This document shows positions 19,508 through 28,650 of a DNA stretch of 64,000 nt, piece by piece. Source of the DNA: Candidatus Methylomirabilota bacterium (lineage in GTDB: Bacteria > Methylomirabilota > Methylomirabilia > Rokubacteriales > CSP1-6); NCBI GenBank assembly GCA_046726415.1, contig JBKPAK010000096.1:27523-91522 (forward strand), written 5' to 3'. Made by a program: the position numbers and the translations under genes. How positions within the stretch are numbered: position 1 is the first letter of the stretch; every line of letters starts with the position of its first letter. The notes below the pieces were generated by a model. That model ran no database searches, was not told the DNA's origin, and saw only the letters and a list, made by a program, of their open reading frames with translations.

Positions 19508-20725
19508 TCAGCGATAGGCGCAGGGCGGAACGACTGTCTTGAACGGTGCCTGGGTGAGGTGCCCTCCCGGAGGGAACAGTCGGAGCTGCTCGGGAGCGGG
19601 TTGTGATGCCAGGCGCCGCCCGCGAAGCGTGAGGAAGAACGCAGCGCGCACCGTGTCGACGCCGAGCCCCTTCAGATCGTCAATGCCGCGCAAGTTGACC
19701 CAGCGTCGCTCCGTCAAGAGCGTCCGGGCCGCCCGCGGTCCGACCCCGGGCACTCTCAGCAAGAGCTCGTACGGCGCGCCGCTGATCTCCACGGGGAAGA
19801 CCTCGGGGTGACGGAGTGCCCACGCCGTCTTGGGATCGCGCTCGAGAGCGAGGTTTCCATCGGCCTCGAACACGAGGTCGTCGTAGCGAAAGCCGTAGTG
19901 CCGGAGCAAATGCTCCGCCTGGTAGAGCCTGAGTTCGCGAATGGGCGGTGTCGGCGGCCGTCCTTCCATCGGCGTTCCCACGACAGGCTGGAAGGCGCTG
20001 AAGTGGGCGTGATGCAGCAGTCGCTGGCCTTCGAGCCGCGCGACGAGGCTGAGGATGTCCCGGTCGCGCTCGCCGGCGGCGCCCACGACGAACTGCGTGG
20101 TCGTGCCAGCCGATCGCACGCGCGCCGGGTGAGGATTGAGGCCACTCTCGAGCGAGAGCCGGCCGGCGAGCTCCAGAGCCGGCAGCAGATCGCCAGTGAA
20201 ATCCTTGTCGCGTGACAGCGTCCGGACGTAGCTGTCGGCCGGGCCTTCGAGATTGACGGACACGCGATTGGCCAACGCGCATGCGGCCTCGACCTGGGTG
20301 CGCTCGGCCCCGGGGAGAATCTTGAGGTGGACATAGCCGCGAAAGCGGTGGCGCCGCCGCAGCACTTCGACCGTCGCCAGCATGCGGTCCATCGCCCGGT
20401 AGGGCCGGCCGGGAACGCCGGAGGTGAGGAAGAGGCCGTGGGCGACGCCTCCTCGATGAAGCTCCATGAACGCCGCCGCGATCTCTTCGGCAGCGAGGGC
20501 GGTTCGCCTCACCTTGCCGCCGCAATACGTCGGGCAGTAACCACACGAAAGGGAGCACGCGTTGGTCTGCATGACCCGCATCAAGGTCGTGCTCCCTCGC
20601 CCGGGCACTCGGACCTTGGTGACGCCCACCGGACTGGATGGTGCATTCACCGCATTCGGGACACCGTGCTCCCGGTCAGGAAGGGCCGCCTCAGTGAGGA
20701 AGGTCACGCGTTGGCGCCGGTCCAT
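19508..20725 (-). CDS. Putative DNA modification/repair radical SAM protein with HhH motif (TIGR03916-like)
   Basis: CSLSCGYC, GLFLTSG, GYVHLK, SVNLE, RLYQAEHLLR, DPKTAWAL and LLRVPGVG. Confidence 0.85.
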   Translation of the reverse strand: MDRRQRVTFLTEAALPDREHGVPNAVNAPSSPVGVTKVRVPGRGSTTLMRVMQTNACSLSCGYCPTYCGGKVRRTALAAEEIAAAFMELHRGGVAHGLFLTSGVPGRPYRAMDRMLATVEVLRRRHRFRGYVHLKILPGAERTQVEAACALANRVSVNLEGPADSYVRTLSRDKDFTGDLLPALELAGRLSLESGLNPHPARVRSAGTTTQFVVGAAGERDRDILSLVARLEGQRLLHHAHFSAFQPVVGTPMEGRPPTPPIRELRLYQAEHLLRHYGFRYDDLVFEADGNLALERDPKTAWALRHPEVFPVEISGAPYELLLRVPGVGPRAARTLLTERRWVNLRGIDDLKGLGVDTVRAAFFLTLRGRRLASQPAPEQLRLFPPGGHLTQAPFKTVVPPCAYR

Positions 20726-20731
20726 GCGGTA

Positions 20732-20763
20732 TATACTAAACATAAGACGAGTATAGATGTCAA
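20732..20763 (-). promoter_or_regulatory. Promoter (TTGACA ... TTTAGT/TAGTAT) overlapped by the palindrome TATACT-N12-AGTATA
   Basis: AT-rich island; -35 at 20763-20758; TAGTAT ends 7 nt before ATG 20725; no Shine-Dalgarno. Confidence 0.7.
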
Positions 20764-20850
20764 GAGGCCGTGGTGCGTCGGGGGATTGTCCCGCGTCGCC
20801 ACCGCAGTAAGCTGGTCGCGCGGTAAGTCGACAGCCAGGAGACGATAGCT

Positions 20851-22794
20851 ATGTCCGAGCGCAGCGAGATCATCTGGCGACCGACGGCGTCCTTCGCCGC
20901 GAAGACGCGGATCGCGACCTTCATGGGCAAGCTGGACGTGGTCTCCCTGGCTGACCTGCAGCGCCGTTCGGTCGAGGATCCCGAGTGGTACTGGCGGGCG
21001 GTCAACGACGAATTCGCCCTGCACTGGACCAAGCCGTTTCGCCGCGTGCTGGACACCTCGCGGGGCATCGCCTGGCCGCGCTGGTTCGAAGGGGGGGAGT
21101 TCAACTTCGCGGTGAACTGTCTCGATCGCAACCTCGAGGCTGGCCGCGGCGGCAAGACGGCGCTCGTCTGGGAAGACGACGCCGGTGCGACGCGAATGCT
21201 CACCTACTCGGAGCTCGCCCGGGAGACCTCGCGGCTGGCCCATGGGCTTCGCCGCCTGGGCGTGAGCGTCGGCGACCGCGTCGGGGTTTTCCTTCCAATG
21301 TGCCCGGAGGCGGTGATCGCCACGCTCGCCATCGCGCGCATTGGCGCTATCTACACGCCGTGCTTCTCCGGCTACGGCGCTCAGGCCGTGGCGTCGCGCC
21401 TGCAAGATTGCGAAGCGAAGGTCCTGATCACGGCTGACAGCTTCCAGCGGCGCGGTCAGGTGGTGCGCATGAAGCAAACCGCCGATGCGGCCGCCGACGC
21501 ATCGCCGTCCGTGCGCCACGTGGTGGTCGTCCGCCGCCAAGGTCACGACGTGCCGTGGATTGAGCGGCGCGACCTCTGGTGGGAGGAGGTCATGGCGGCG
21601 AACGGTGGACAAGGGCCCGCGGAGGCGACGCCCCCCGACGCCCCGCTCCTCATCATTTACACGTCGGGCACGACTGGACGTCCGAAGGGCGCCGTCCTCA
21701 CGCACGCTGGGTTCGCCATCAAGACGGCACACGACTTCGCGTTCGTCATGGACATGCGCGAGAGCGATCGGCTCTTCTGGCTGACCGATCTGGGTTGGCT
21801 CATGGGGCCGATGTTGATCGCGGCGGCGCTGCTGCACGGAGCCACCGCGGTGCTCTTCGAAGGCGTGCCCGACTATCCCCGGCCCGATCGGCTGTGGAAC
21901 CTCGCGGATCGACACCGCATCACGGTGATGGGACTGTCGCCGACGGCCGTGCGCGCTCTGATGCCGCACGGGGCCGACTGGCCACGCCGTCACGATCTCA
22001 GTCGCCTGCGGATCTTCGGGTCCACCGGCGAGCCCTGGAATCCGGAGCCCTATCGCTGGCTCTTCGAGACGGTGGGGCAGGGCCGCGTGCCGATCATGAA
22101 TTACTCGGGCGGCACCGAGATTTCTGGAGGCATCATCGCCTCGTTCCCCAGTATGCCCCTCAAGCCCTGCTCGTTCACCGGCCCGATTCCCGGCATGGCC
22201 GCCGAGGTCTTCGGCGACGAGGGGAAGCCCGTGCGCGAGGAGGTTGGCGAGCTGGTCATCACGCGCCCCTGGCCTGGCATGACCGCCGGGTTCTGGAAGG
22301 ATCCAGACCGGTACGAGCAGACGTACTGGTCGCGCTGGCCCGACGTCTGGGTGCATGGCGACTGGGCCTACGTGGACGGCGACGGCTTCTGGTTCGTCCA
22401 GGGTCGGTCGGACGACACCCTGAAGATCGCCGGCAAGCGCCTGGGACCGGCCGAAGTGGAGTCCGTGCTGGTCGGGCACGAGGCAGTGGCGGAGGCGGCG
22501 ACGATCGGCGTTCCGCACGAGGTCAAGGGGGAGGCCATCGTCTGCTTCGCTGTGCTCAAGCCTGGCCAGGGGCCCTCGGAGCCGCTACGAGCGGAGCTGT
22601 CGGAACGCGTGGCCCGGCAGATGGGCAAGGCCCTCAAGCCGGAGCGCGTCCTCTTTGCGCGCGAGCTGCCGAAGACGCGCAGCGCCAAGATCATGCGCCG
22701 TGTGATCCGCGCCACGTATCTCGGCCGAGAAGCGGGCGACCTCTCCTCGCTCGAGAACCCGGGCGCGGTCCAGGCCATCGCAGACGCCGTCTAG
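20851..22794 (+). CDS. AMP-forming acetyl/acyl-CoA synthetase
   Basis: YTSGTTGRPKG, STGEPW, GRSDD and PKTRSAKIMRR. Confidence 0.92.
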   Translation: MSERSEIIWRPTASFAAKTRIATFMGKLDVVSLADLQRRSVEDPEWYWRAVNDEFALHWTKPFRRVLDTSRGIAWPRWFEGGEFNFAVNCLDRNLEAGRGGKTALVWEDDAGATRMLTYSELARETSRLAHGLRRLGVSVGDRVGVFLPMCPEAVIATLAIARIGAIYTPCFSGYGAQAVASRLQDCEAKVLITADSFQRRGQVVRMKQTADAAADASPSVRHVVVVRRQGHDVPWIERRDLWWEEVMAANGGQGPAEATPPDAPLLIIYTSGTTGRPKGAVLTHAGFAIKTAHDFAFVMDMRESDRLFWLTDLGWLMGPMLIAAALLHGATAVLFEGVPDYPRPDRLWNLADRHRITVMGLSPTAVRALMPHGADWPRRHDLSRLRIFGSTGEPWNPEPYRWLFETVGQGRVPIMNYSGGTEISGGIIASFPSMPLKPCSFTGPIPGMAAEVFGDEGKPVREEVGELVITRPWPGMTAGFWKDPDRYEQTYWSRWPDVWVHGDWAYVDGDGFWFVQGRSDDTLKIAGKRLGPAEVESVLVGHEAVAEAATIGVPHEVKGEAIVCFAVLKPGQGPSEPLRAELSERVARQMGKALKPERVLFARELPKTRSAKIMRRVIRATYLGREAGDLSSLENPGAVQAIADAV

Positions 22795-22814
22795 GGTATA
22801 TACTGCGTTCGACG

Positions 22815-22897
22815 CCGTGGGGGGAGGTTTCCTGAGAACCGGGTGCGGCCCGGGACCCCTCGAACCTGCTCTGGGTAATGCCAGCGAAGGGAACACG
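22815..22897 (+). ncRNA. TPP riboswitch aptamer
   Basis: GGGG...CTGAGA...ACCC.TCGAACCTG.TCTGGGTAATGCCAGCGAAGGGAA consensus directly upstream of thiS-thiG-thiE; TATACT -10 at 22799-22804. Confidence 0.93.
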
Positions 22898-22912
22898 ACG
22901 CCGGGAAGGTTG

Positions 22913-22947
22913 ACGGCCGCGCCCGAGGGCAGCGGCCGTTTTGTTTT
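22913..22947 (+). terminator. Intrinsic terminator of the riboswitch expression platform
   Basis: ACGGCCGC...GCGGCCGT stem followed by TTTGTTTT. Confidence 0.85.
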
Positions 22948-22992
22948 CGGGGCGGCCCGGTGAGATCAACGTTGTGGACGGAGCAGCGACGA

Positions 22993-23196
22993 ATGCGGAT
23001 CACGGTCAACGGAAAGGGCATGGAGGTGAGCGACGGGCTCAGCGTGGAAGCCCTCCTCGCCGAACTGGGAGTGCCGCGCCAGTACACGGCGGTGGCCGTG
23101 AACCGCGACATCACGCCCAAGAGCACCTACGGCTGCACACACCTCACCGAGGGCGATCGCGTGGAGATCGTGCGTCCGATGGGCGGCGGCGCATAA
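22993..23196 (+). CDS. thiS: Sulfur carrier protein ThiS
   Basis: MRITVNG, AVAVN and EGDRVEIV; ends GGGA. Confidence 0.92.
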   Translation: MRITVNGKGMEVSDGLSVEALLAELGVPRQYTAVAVNRDITPKSTYGCTHLTEGDRVEIVRPMGGGA

Positions 23197-23249
23197 GCGT
23201 CGAGGAACGGCGCCGCACCGTGGCGCGGCGACCAAGCAGGAGACAGAAC

Positions 23250-24029
23250 ATGCACGACACGAACCTGACCTTGGGAAGCAAGGAGTTCAGCTCGCGCCTC
23301 ATCGTGGGCACCGGGAAGTACTCGACGAACAAACTGATGCGCGAGGCCATCGAGGCGTCCGGGGCCGAGATTGTGACAGTGGCCGTCCGGCGCGTCAACC
23401 TGTCCGGTGGCGAGTCGCTGCTCGACTACGTCGATCCCCAGCGCTACACCCTGCTGCCGAACACCGCCGGCTGCTACACGGCAGACGAGGCCATCCGCAC
23501 GGCCTATCTGGCGCGGGAGGCCGGGCTCGGCGAGCTGGTGAAGCTCGAGGTCATCGGCGATGCGCGCACGCTCTTCCCGGACACGGTCGGCCTGCTCGAA
23601 GCCACCCGCACGCTCGTGAAGGACGGCTTCACCGTCATGCCCTACACGAATGATGATCCCGTCATGGCCAAGCGGCTCGAAGACGCCGGGGCCGCTGTCG
23701 TGATGCCACTGGGCGCTCCCATCGGCTCGGGCCTCGGCATCCGCAATCCGTACAACATCAAGATCATCCTGGAGACGGTTTCCGTCCCGGTGATCGTCGA
23801 TGCCGGAGTGGGGACGGCCTCGGACGCGGCTATCGCCATGGAACTGGGTTGCGACGGCGTGCTCATGAACACGGCCATCGCCAGCTCCAGCGATCCGGTG
23901 GCGATGGCGCGAGCCATGAAGCTCGCCGTCGAGGCGGGGCGTCTGGCCTTCCGGGCGGGACGCATGAGCAAGAAGCTCTACGCGACGGCGTCGTCGCCCC
24001 TGGAGGGCGTCCCCGATTGGACGAGCTGA
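23250..24029 (+). CDS. thiG: Thiazole synthase
   Basis: [34 protein letters not shown] and VDAGVG; AGGAG RBS. Confidence 0.96.
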   Translation: MHDTNLTLGSKEFSSRLIVGTGKYSTNKLMREAIEASGAEIVTVAVRRVNLSGGESLLDYVDPQRYTLLPNTAGCYTADEAIRTAYLAREAGLGELVKLEVIGDARTLFPDTVGLLEATRTLVKDGFTVMPYTNDDPVMAKRLEDAGAAVVMPLGAPIGSGLGIRNPYNIKIILETVSVPVIVDAGVGTASDAAIAMELGCDGVLMNTAIASSSDPVAMARAMKLAVEAGRLAFRAGRMSKKLYATASSPLEGVPDWTS

Positions 24030-24643
24030 GACTCGTCCTCGTCACCGATCGCCACCAGACCCGCGGCCGCGATCTGGTGCGCCTCGTCGGTGACTGCGTG
24101 GTGGCGGGACTTCCCGCCGTCCAGGTCCGCGAAAAGGACCTCGGCGCGCTCGAGGTGGCCGCGCTGTGTCGTCAGCTGCTCGCGGCCATCACCCCGGCCC
24201 GCTGCCTGTTCGTGGTCAACGACCGCGTCGACGTCGCCCTCGCCGTGGGCGCCGGCGGTGTCCAGCGGACCTCGACCTCACTGCCGGTCAGCGACATTCG
24301 CGGTATCGTCAAGAACGGCATGCTGATCGGCGCGTCCGTTCATTCGCTCGAGGAATCGATCGAGGCGGAAGCCGCCGGCGCCGACTGGGTGACGTTCGGG
24401 CCGGTGTACGATACGCCGTCCAAGCGCGCCTACGGCGCACCGCAGGGGCTCGGGGCGCTCGGGCGCGTGGCGAGGGCCGTACGCATCCCCGTGATCGCCA
24501 TCGGCGGAATCACGCCCGAGCGGGTCGAAGAAGTCAGAGGCGCGGGCGCGCGTGGCGTAGCCGTCATCTCCGCGATTCTTGCCGCGGAGTCTCCCGCTTC
24601 GGCGGTGCGCGCTTTCCGCGAGGCTCTCGACCGGCCACGGTGA
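24017..24643 (+). CDS. thiE: Thiamine-phosphate synthase
   Basis: [28 protein letters not shown] and AIGGI; TTG start inferred. Confidence 0.88.
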   Translation: MDELRLVLVTDRHQTRGRDLVRLVGDCVVAGLPAVQVREKDLGALEVAALCRQLLAAITPARCLFVVNDRVDVALAVGAGGVQRTSTSLPVSDIRGIVKNGMLIGASVHSLEESIEAEAAGADWVTFGPVYDTPSKRAYGAPQGLGALGRVARAVRIPVIAIGGITPERVEEVRGAGARGVAVISAILAAESPASAVRAFREALDRPR

Positions 24644-24721
24644 TGAACGACTGGATAGCCCCGCCGGGTTTCGTTGACCGTTCGAAAGCTTTCTCCACCG
24701 TTGTCTCACGAGGCGACGCTC

Positions 24722-26053
24722 ATGACGAGAGACGAGATCAAGCGCGACGTATTCCGGGCCATCGACCGCCGGGCTGAGGAAGTCATCGTTCTCGGCGAGA
24801 CGATCCGCCGACATCCCGAGCTGGGCTTCAAGGAAGTGAGGACCGCGCGCCTGGTCGAGGAGACCTTGGGCCGACTCGGCCTGAGCCCCAAGGCCGGCCT
24901 CGCCCTCACCGGCGTGCGCGCCGATTTGCCCGGCCGAGACCACGAAGGGCCGACCTTCGCCGTGCTGGGGGAGCTGGACGCATTAGTGGTGTCTGGACAC
25001 CCCGAGGCGGACGCGCAGACCGGCGCCGCGCATGCGTGCGGCCACAACGCCCAAGTGGCCGGCCTGCTGGGGGCGGCCATGGGACTCGTGGACGCCAAGG
25101 CCTTCGAGCATCTGACCGGGCGCGTCGTTTTCTTCGCGGTGCCCGCCGAGGAGTACGGCGATATTGCGTGGCGGGTGGACCAGGCGCGCAAGGGCGCTCT
25201 CGAGTTCCTCGGAGGCAAGCCCGAGTTGCTGCGCCTCGGGCACTTCGACGACGTCGACCTCGCCATGATGATTCATCTCACGTCGCGCCCCGAAGACGGG
25301 CGGGCGGGCGTGCCGACCTCGAACAACGGCTGTATCGTCAAAACGGTGCGCTACGTCGGACAGGCGGCTCACGCCGGAGGCGCGCCTCACCTCGGGGTCA
25401 ATGCGCTCTACGCGGCGACCATCGGGCTGAGCGCCATCAACGCCATCCGCGAAACCTTCCGCGACGAGGACACGATCCGCGTGCACCCGATCGTCACCCA
25501 CGGCGGTTCCCAGGTCAATGTGATCCCGGGCGAGGTGCGGATCGAGACCTACGTGCGCGGACGGAGTGTCGAGGCGATCCTCGATGCCGAGCGCAAAGTC
25601 GATCGCGCGTTCAAGGCGGGGGCGCTGGCCCTGGGCGCCAAGGTGGAGATCGAGACGCTCCCAGGTTATCTCCCCATGCAGTGCGATCCGACCATGGCTC
25701 GCTACTTCCGCGAGACGGCGGTCGGCCTCGTCGGCGAGGAACACTACCGGCAAGTCAGCCACCGGACCGGTTCCACTGACATGGGCGATCTCAGCCAGAT
25801 CATGCCGATCCTGCACCCTTACATGGGAGGGGCCACCGGATCCGGACACGGTGCGGACTTCGCGATCGTCGACAAAACACTCGCCTACGTGGTGATGGCG
25901 AAGGCGCTAGCCGCGATGGCGGTGGACATGCTGGCCGATGGGGCGCGCGGTGCCCGTGACGTGCTCGCCCAGGCTCGGCCTCCTATGACGCGCGAGAGCT
26001 ACCTCGCGTTCCAGCGGGGCCTGGCGCGCCGCGAGGCGTACTCTGGCTCGTGA
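24722..26053 (+). CDS. M20 family amidohydrolase
   Basis: HPELGFKE, ELDAL, HACGH, PAEE and GSTDMG. Confidence 0.9.
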   Translation: MTRDEIKRDVFRAIDRRAEEVIVLGETIRRHPELGFKEVRTARLVEETLGRLGLSPKAGLALTGVRADLPGRDHEGPTFAVLGELDALVVSGHPEADAQTGAAHACGHNAQVAGLLGAAMGLVDAKAFEHLTGRVVFFAVPAEEYGDIAWRVDQARKGALEFLGGKPELLRLGHFDDVDLAMMIHLTSRPEDGRAGVPTSNNGCIVKTVRYVGQAAHAGGAPHLGVNALYAATIGLSAINAIRETFRDEDTIRVHPIVTHGGSQVNVIPGEVRIETYVRGRSVEAILDAERKVDRAFKAGALALGAKVEIETLPGYLPMQCDPTMARYFRETAVGLVGEEHYRQVSHRTGSTDMGDLSQIMPILHPYMGGATGSGHGADFAIVDKTLAYVVMAKALAAMAVDMLADGARGARDVLAQARPPMTRESYLAFQRGLARREAYSGS

Positions 26054-26075
26054 CGTGTCGTAGCACCCTCCCACG

Positions 26076-26144
26076 CGAGCGCCGGCTCCGCCGGAGCAAT
26101 CCGTTCCGGGGAACGCTCGGGGGGGGCGGTCGCGGCTCCTCCGA
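26076..26144. repeat. Diverged copy of the composite REP-like element
   Basis: CGAGCGCCGGCTCCGCCGGAGCAAT...GCTCGGGGGGGGCGGTCGCGGCTCCTCCGA aligns end to end with 7352-7423. Confidence 0.7.
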
Positions 26145-26248
26145 TGACCGGGGAGCGTGGCGGATGGCGGAGCGGCTCCGAGTTCCCCGAGGCGTGCCGA
26201 GCGCGGGGGCCTTGGCGGGCCATGTCGGGGGCCGCCCTTGCTGAAGCC

Positions 26249-27052
26249 ATGTACGGTGAGACGGGCGTAGACTTTCCCCGGCGCATCGTCTGCCTCACCG
26301 CTGACGCGACCGAGATCGCGTTTGGCGTCGGGGCGGGGGAGCGGGTGGTCGGCGTCCCCGGCATGGCCCGGCGGCCGGAGGGCGCCCGCGCGCGCGCACG
26401 GGTGGGTGGCTTCACGACGTTCCGCCTCGATCGCATCCTGGCTCTGGAGCCCGATCTCGTGCTGGCATTCTCCGATCTCCAGCGCGCGGTCGTGTCCGAC
26501 CTGATCGGCGCCGGCGTCAACGTGCTCTGTACCAACCCACGGTCATTCGACGAGGTCCTCCGCGCCATCCTGCTCATCGGTGGCGCGGTGGGTTGCGAGC
26601 AGGGGGCCCGCGCCATTGTTGGGGACATGACCGACGAAGCGCGTCAGATTCGCGAATACGTGAGCGGCTGGCCCGATCGACCGCGCGTCTATTTCGAAGA
26701 GTGGCCCGATCCGCTGATCGTCGGCATCCGATGGGTCTCAGAGCTGATCGAGATGGCAGGGGGTCGCGACGTTTTCGCGGAGCTCCGGGGCGAGCCATCG
26801 GCGACGGGACGGCGGATCGCCCCCGAGGAGGTCGTGCGGCGCGATCCCGAGATCATCCTGGCGTCCTGGTGCGGTAAGCCGGTGGATATCCCCGCGATCG
26901 CGAGCCGTCCGGGATGGAGTGCCGTCACCGCCGTTCGCGGCCGTCAGATCCACGAGTTGGACGGCGCCGATGTCCTCGCTCCCGGGCCCTCGCTCACGCT
27001 CGGTCTGCGCCGCATTCACGAGATCATCCAGGCGTATCAGGCGCACCGCTGA
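26249..27052 (+). CDS. BtuF/helical-backbone substrate-binding-fold protein without signal peptide
   Basis: PRRIVCL, ILALEPDLVL, PRVYFEEW, SWCGK and APGP; start is approximate. Confidence 0.8.
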   Translation: MYGETGVDFPRRIVCLTADATEIAFGVGAGERVVGVPGMARRPEGARARARVGGFTTFRLDRILALEPDLVLAFSDLQRAVVSDLIGAGVNVLCTNPRSFDEVLRAILLIGGAVGCEQGARAIVGDMTDEARQIREYVSGWPDRPRVYFEEWPDPLIVGIRWVSELIEMAGGRDVFAELRGEPSATGRRIAPEEVVRRDPEIILASWCGKPVDIPAIASRPGWSAVTAVRGRQIHELDGADVLAPGPSLTLGLRRIHEIIQAYQAHR

Positions 27053-27101
27053 GGCCGATTCGCCCGATCCAGGCGCATCGCTGAGGCCGACTCGCCCGAT
27101 C
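27038..27101. repeat. 32-bp tandem duplication spanning the stop codon
   Basis: CAGGCGCACCGCTGAGGCCGATTCGCCCGATC versus CAGGCGCATCGCTGAGGCCGACTCGCCCGATC, 30/32 identical. Confidence 0.85.
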
Positions 27102-27202
27102 GCGCGGAGGTACAATGATCTGAGCCCTCCGCAAAAGTTGGGGACTCGGTATGGGTCGCGCTAGCATTGGGACCCGCCGCACAATCCCGGGGAGCCTGGT
27201 GA

Positions 27203-28648
27203 ATGACTGATCTTGCCCGCCAGCGTCCTGAGAGCTTCTTCTCGGATCGTTTCAACGTCACGGCCGCGCTCATGGACCGACTGCTCGGTTCGTCCCTCCG
27301 GGGCCGGGTCGATGACGCGGACATCTACCTCGAGTATCGTGTCAACGAAGAGCTGGTACTAGAAGAAGGCACAGTCAAAAAGGCCGCTCGGCATGTAGGT
27401 CAGGGAGCGGGCGTCCGGGCCCAGGCCGGTGTCCGGACGGGGTTTGCGCACACCGATGACATTTCGATCGGCAACCTCGAGGAGGCGGCGCGCCAAGCGA
27501 GGGCCATCGCCGACCACCCCTCCACCACTTCGGTGGTGGCCATCCCGGGCGGGCGCCCACACAATCTGTACGAGCTGAGCGAGTCACCGACTGTGACCGA
27601 TCTGGCCCGCAAGCTGACTTTGCTCCGCTCGGTCGATGCCGCGGCGCGGGCCGCCGATCCTCGCGTCAAGCAAGTCATCGCCACCCTGGCCAGCGAGGAG
27701 CTGGTGGTCCTCATGGCCACCGCGGCGGGTTGGACCGTGGGTGATGTTCGTCCGCTCACCCGCCTGAACGTAACGGTCATCGCCGAGGAGAACGGCAAGC
27801 GCGAGATCGGAACCTACGGGGGAGGTGGGCGCGTGGCCTTCGACTTCTTCCTGGATGAAGAGCGCTGGCACCGCTTTGCCCTCGAGGCCGCCCGGCAGGC
27901 GGTCCTGAAACTGGCTGCGATCGACGCCCCGGCGGGCACCATGACCGTCGTCCTCGGGCCGGGCTGGCCGGGCATCCTGCTCCACGAAGCGGTGGGACAC
28001 GGACTTGAGGGGGACTTCAATCGCAAGGGCACGTCCGCCTTCGCCGGCCGACTCGGCCAGAAAGTCGCCTCCGAGCTGGTGACCGTCGTCGACGATGGGA
28101 CGATTGCCAACCGCCGGGGCTCGCTCAACGTCGACGACGAGGGAACGCCCACCGGGCGCACCGTGCTCATCGACAGAGGGGTGCTCACCGGCTACATGCA
28201 GGACCGGCTCAACGCGCGCCTCATGGGCATGGCGCCCACCGGCAACGGACGGCGCGAGTCCTTCGCGCATCCCCCGATGCCGCGGATGACCAACACGTTC
28301 ATGCTGGCCGGCGACGACGATCCGACGGACATCATCCGCTCCGTCGGACAGGGGCTATACGCCGTGGCCTTTGGCGGGGGCCAGGTGGACATCACCAGCG
28401 GCAGGTTCGTCTTCTCGGCGAGCGAGGCCTACTTGATCGAAGGCGGACGCGTGACGGCTCCTGTCAAGGGAGCCACCCTGATTGGCAACGGTCCGGAGGC
28501 GCTCACCAGGGTGACGCGGGTCGGGCGCGATCTCAGGCTCGATGAGGGAGTGGGTACGTGCGGTAAGGAGGGGCAGTCGGTGCCCGTTGGGGTGGGCTTG
28601 CCTACCATTCGCGTCGACGGCATGACCGTCGGCGGGACTTCGGTCTGA
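27203..28648 (+). CDS. tldD: Metalloprotease TldD
   Basis: GWPGILLHEAVGHGLEGDFNRK, PRMTNT and TCGKEGQ. Confidence 0.95.
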   Translation: MTDLARQRPESFFSDRFNVTAALMDRLLGSSLRGRVDDADIYLEYRVNEELVLEEGTVKKAARHVGQGAGVRAQAGVRTGFAHTDDISIGNLEEAARQARAIADHPSTTSVVAIPGGRPHNLYELSESPTVTDLARKLTLLRSVDAAARAADPRVKQVIATLASEELVVLMATAAGWTVGDVRPLTRLNVTVIAEENGKREIGTYGGGGRVAFDFFLDEERWHRFALEAARQAVLKLAAIDAPAGTMTVVLGPGWPGILLHEAVGHGLEGDFNRKGTSAFAGRLGQKVASELVTVVDDGTIANRRGSLNVDDEGTPTGRTVLIDRGVLTGYMQDRLNARLMGMAPTGNGRRESFAHPPMPRMTNTFMLAGDDDPTDIIRSVGQGLYAVAFGGGQVDITSGRFVFSASEAYLIEGGRVTAPVKGATLIGNGPEALTRVTRVGRDLRLDEGVGTCGKEGQSVPVGVGLPTIRVDGMTVGGTSV

Positions 28649-28650
28649 GG

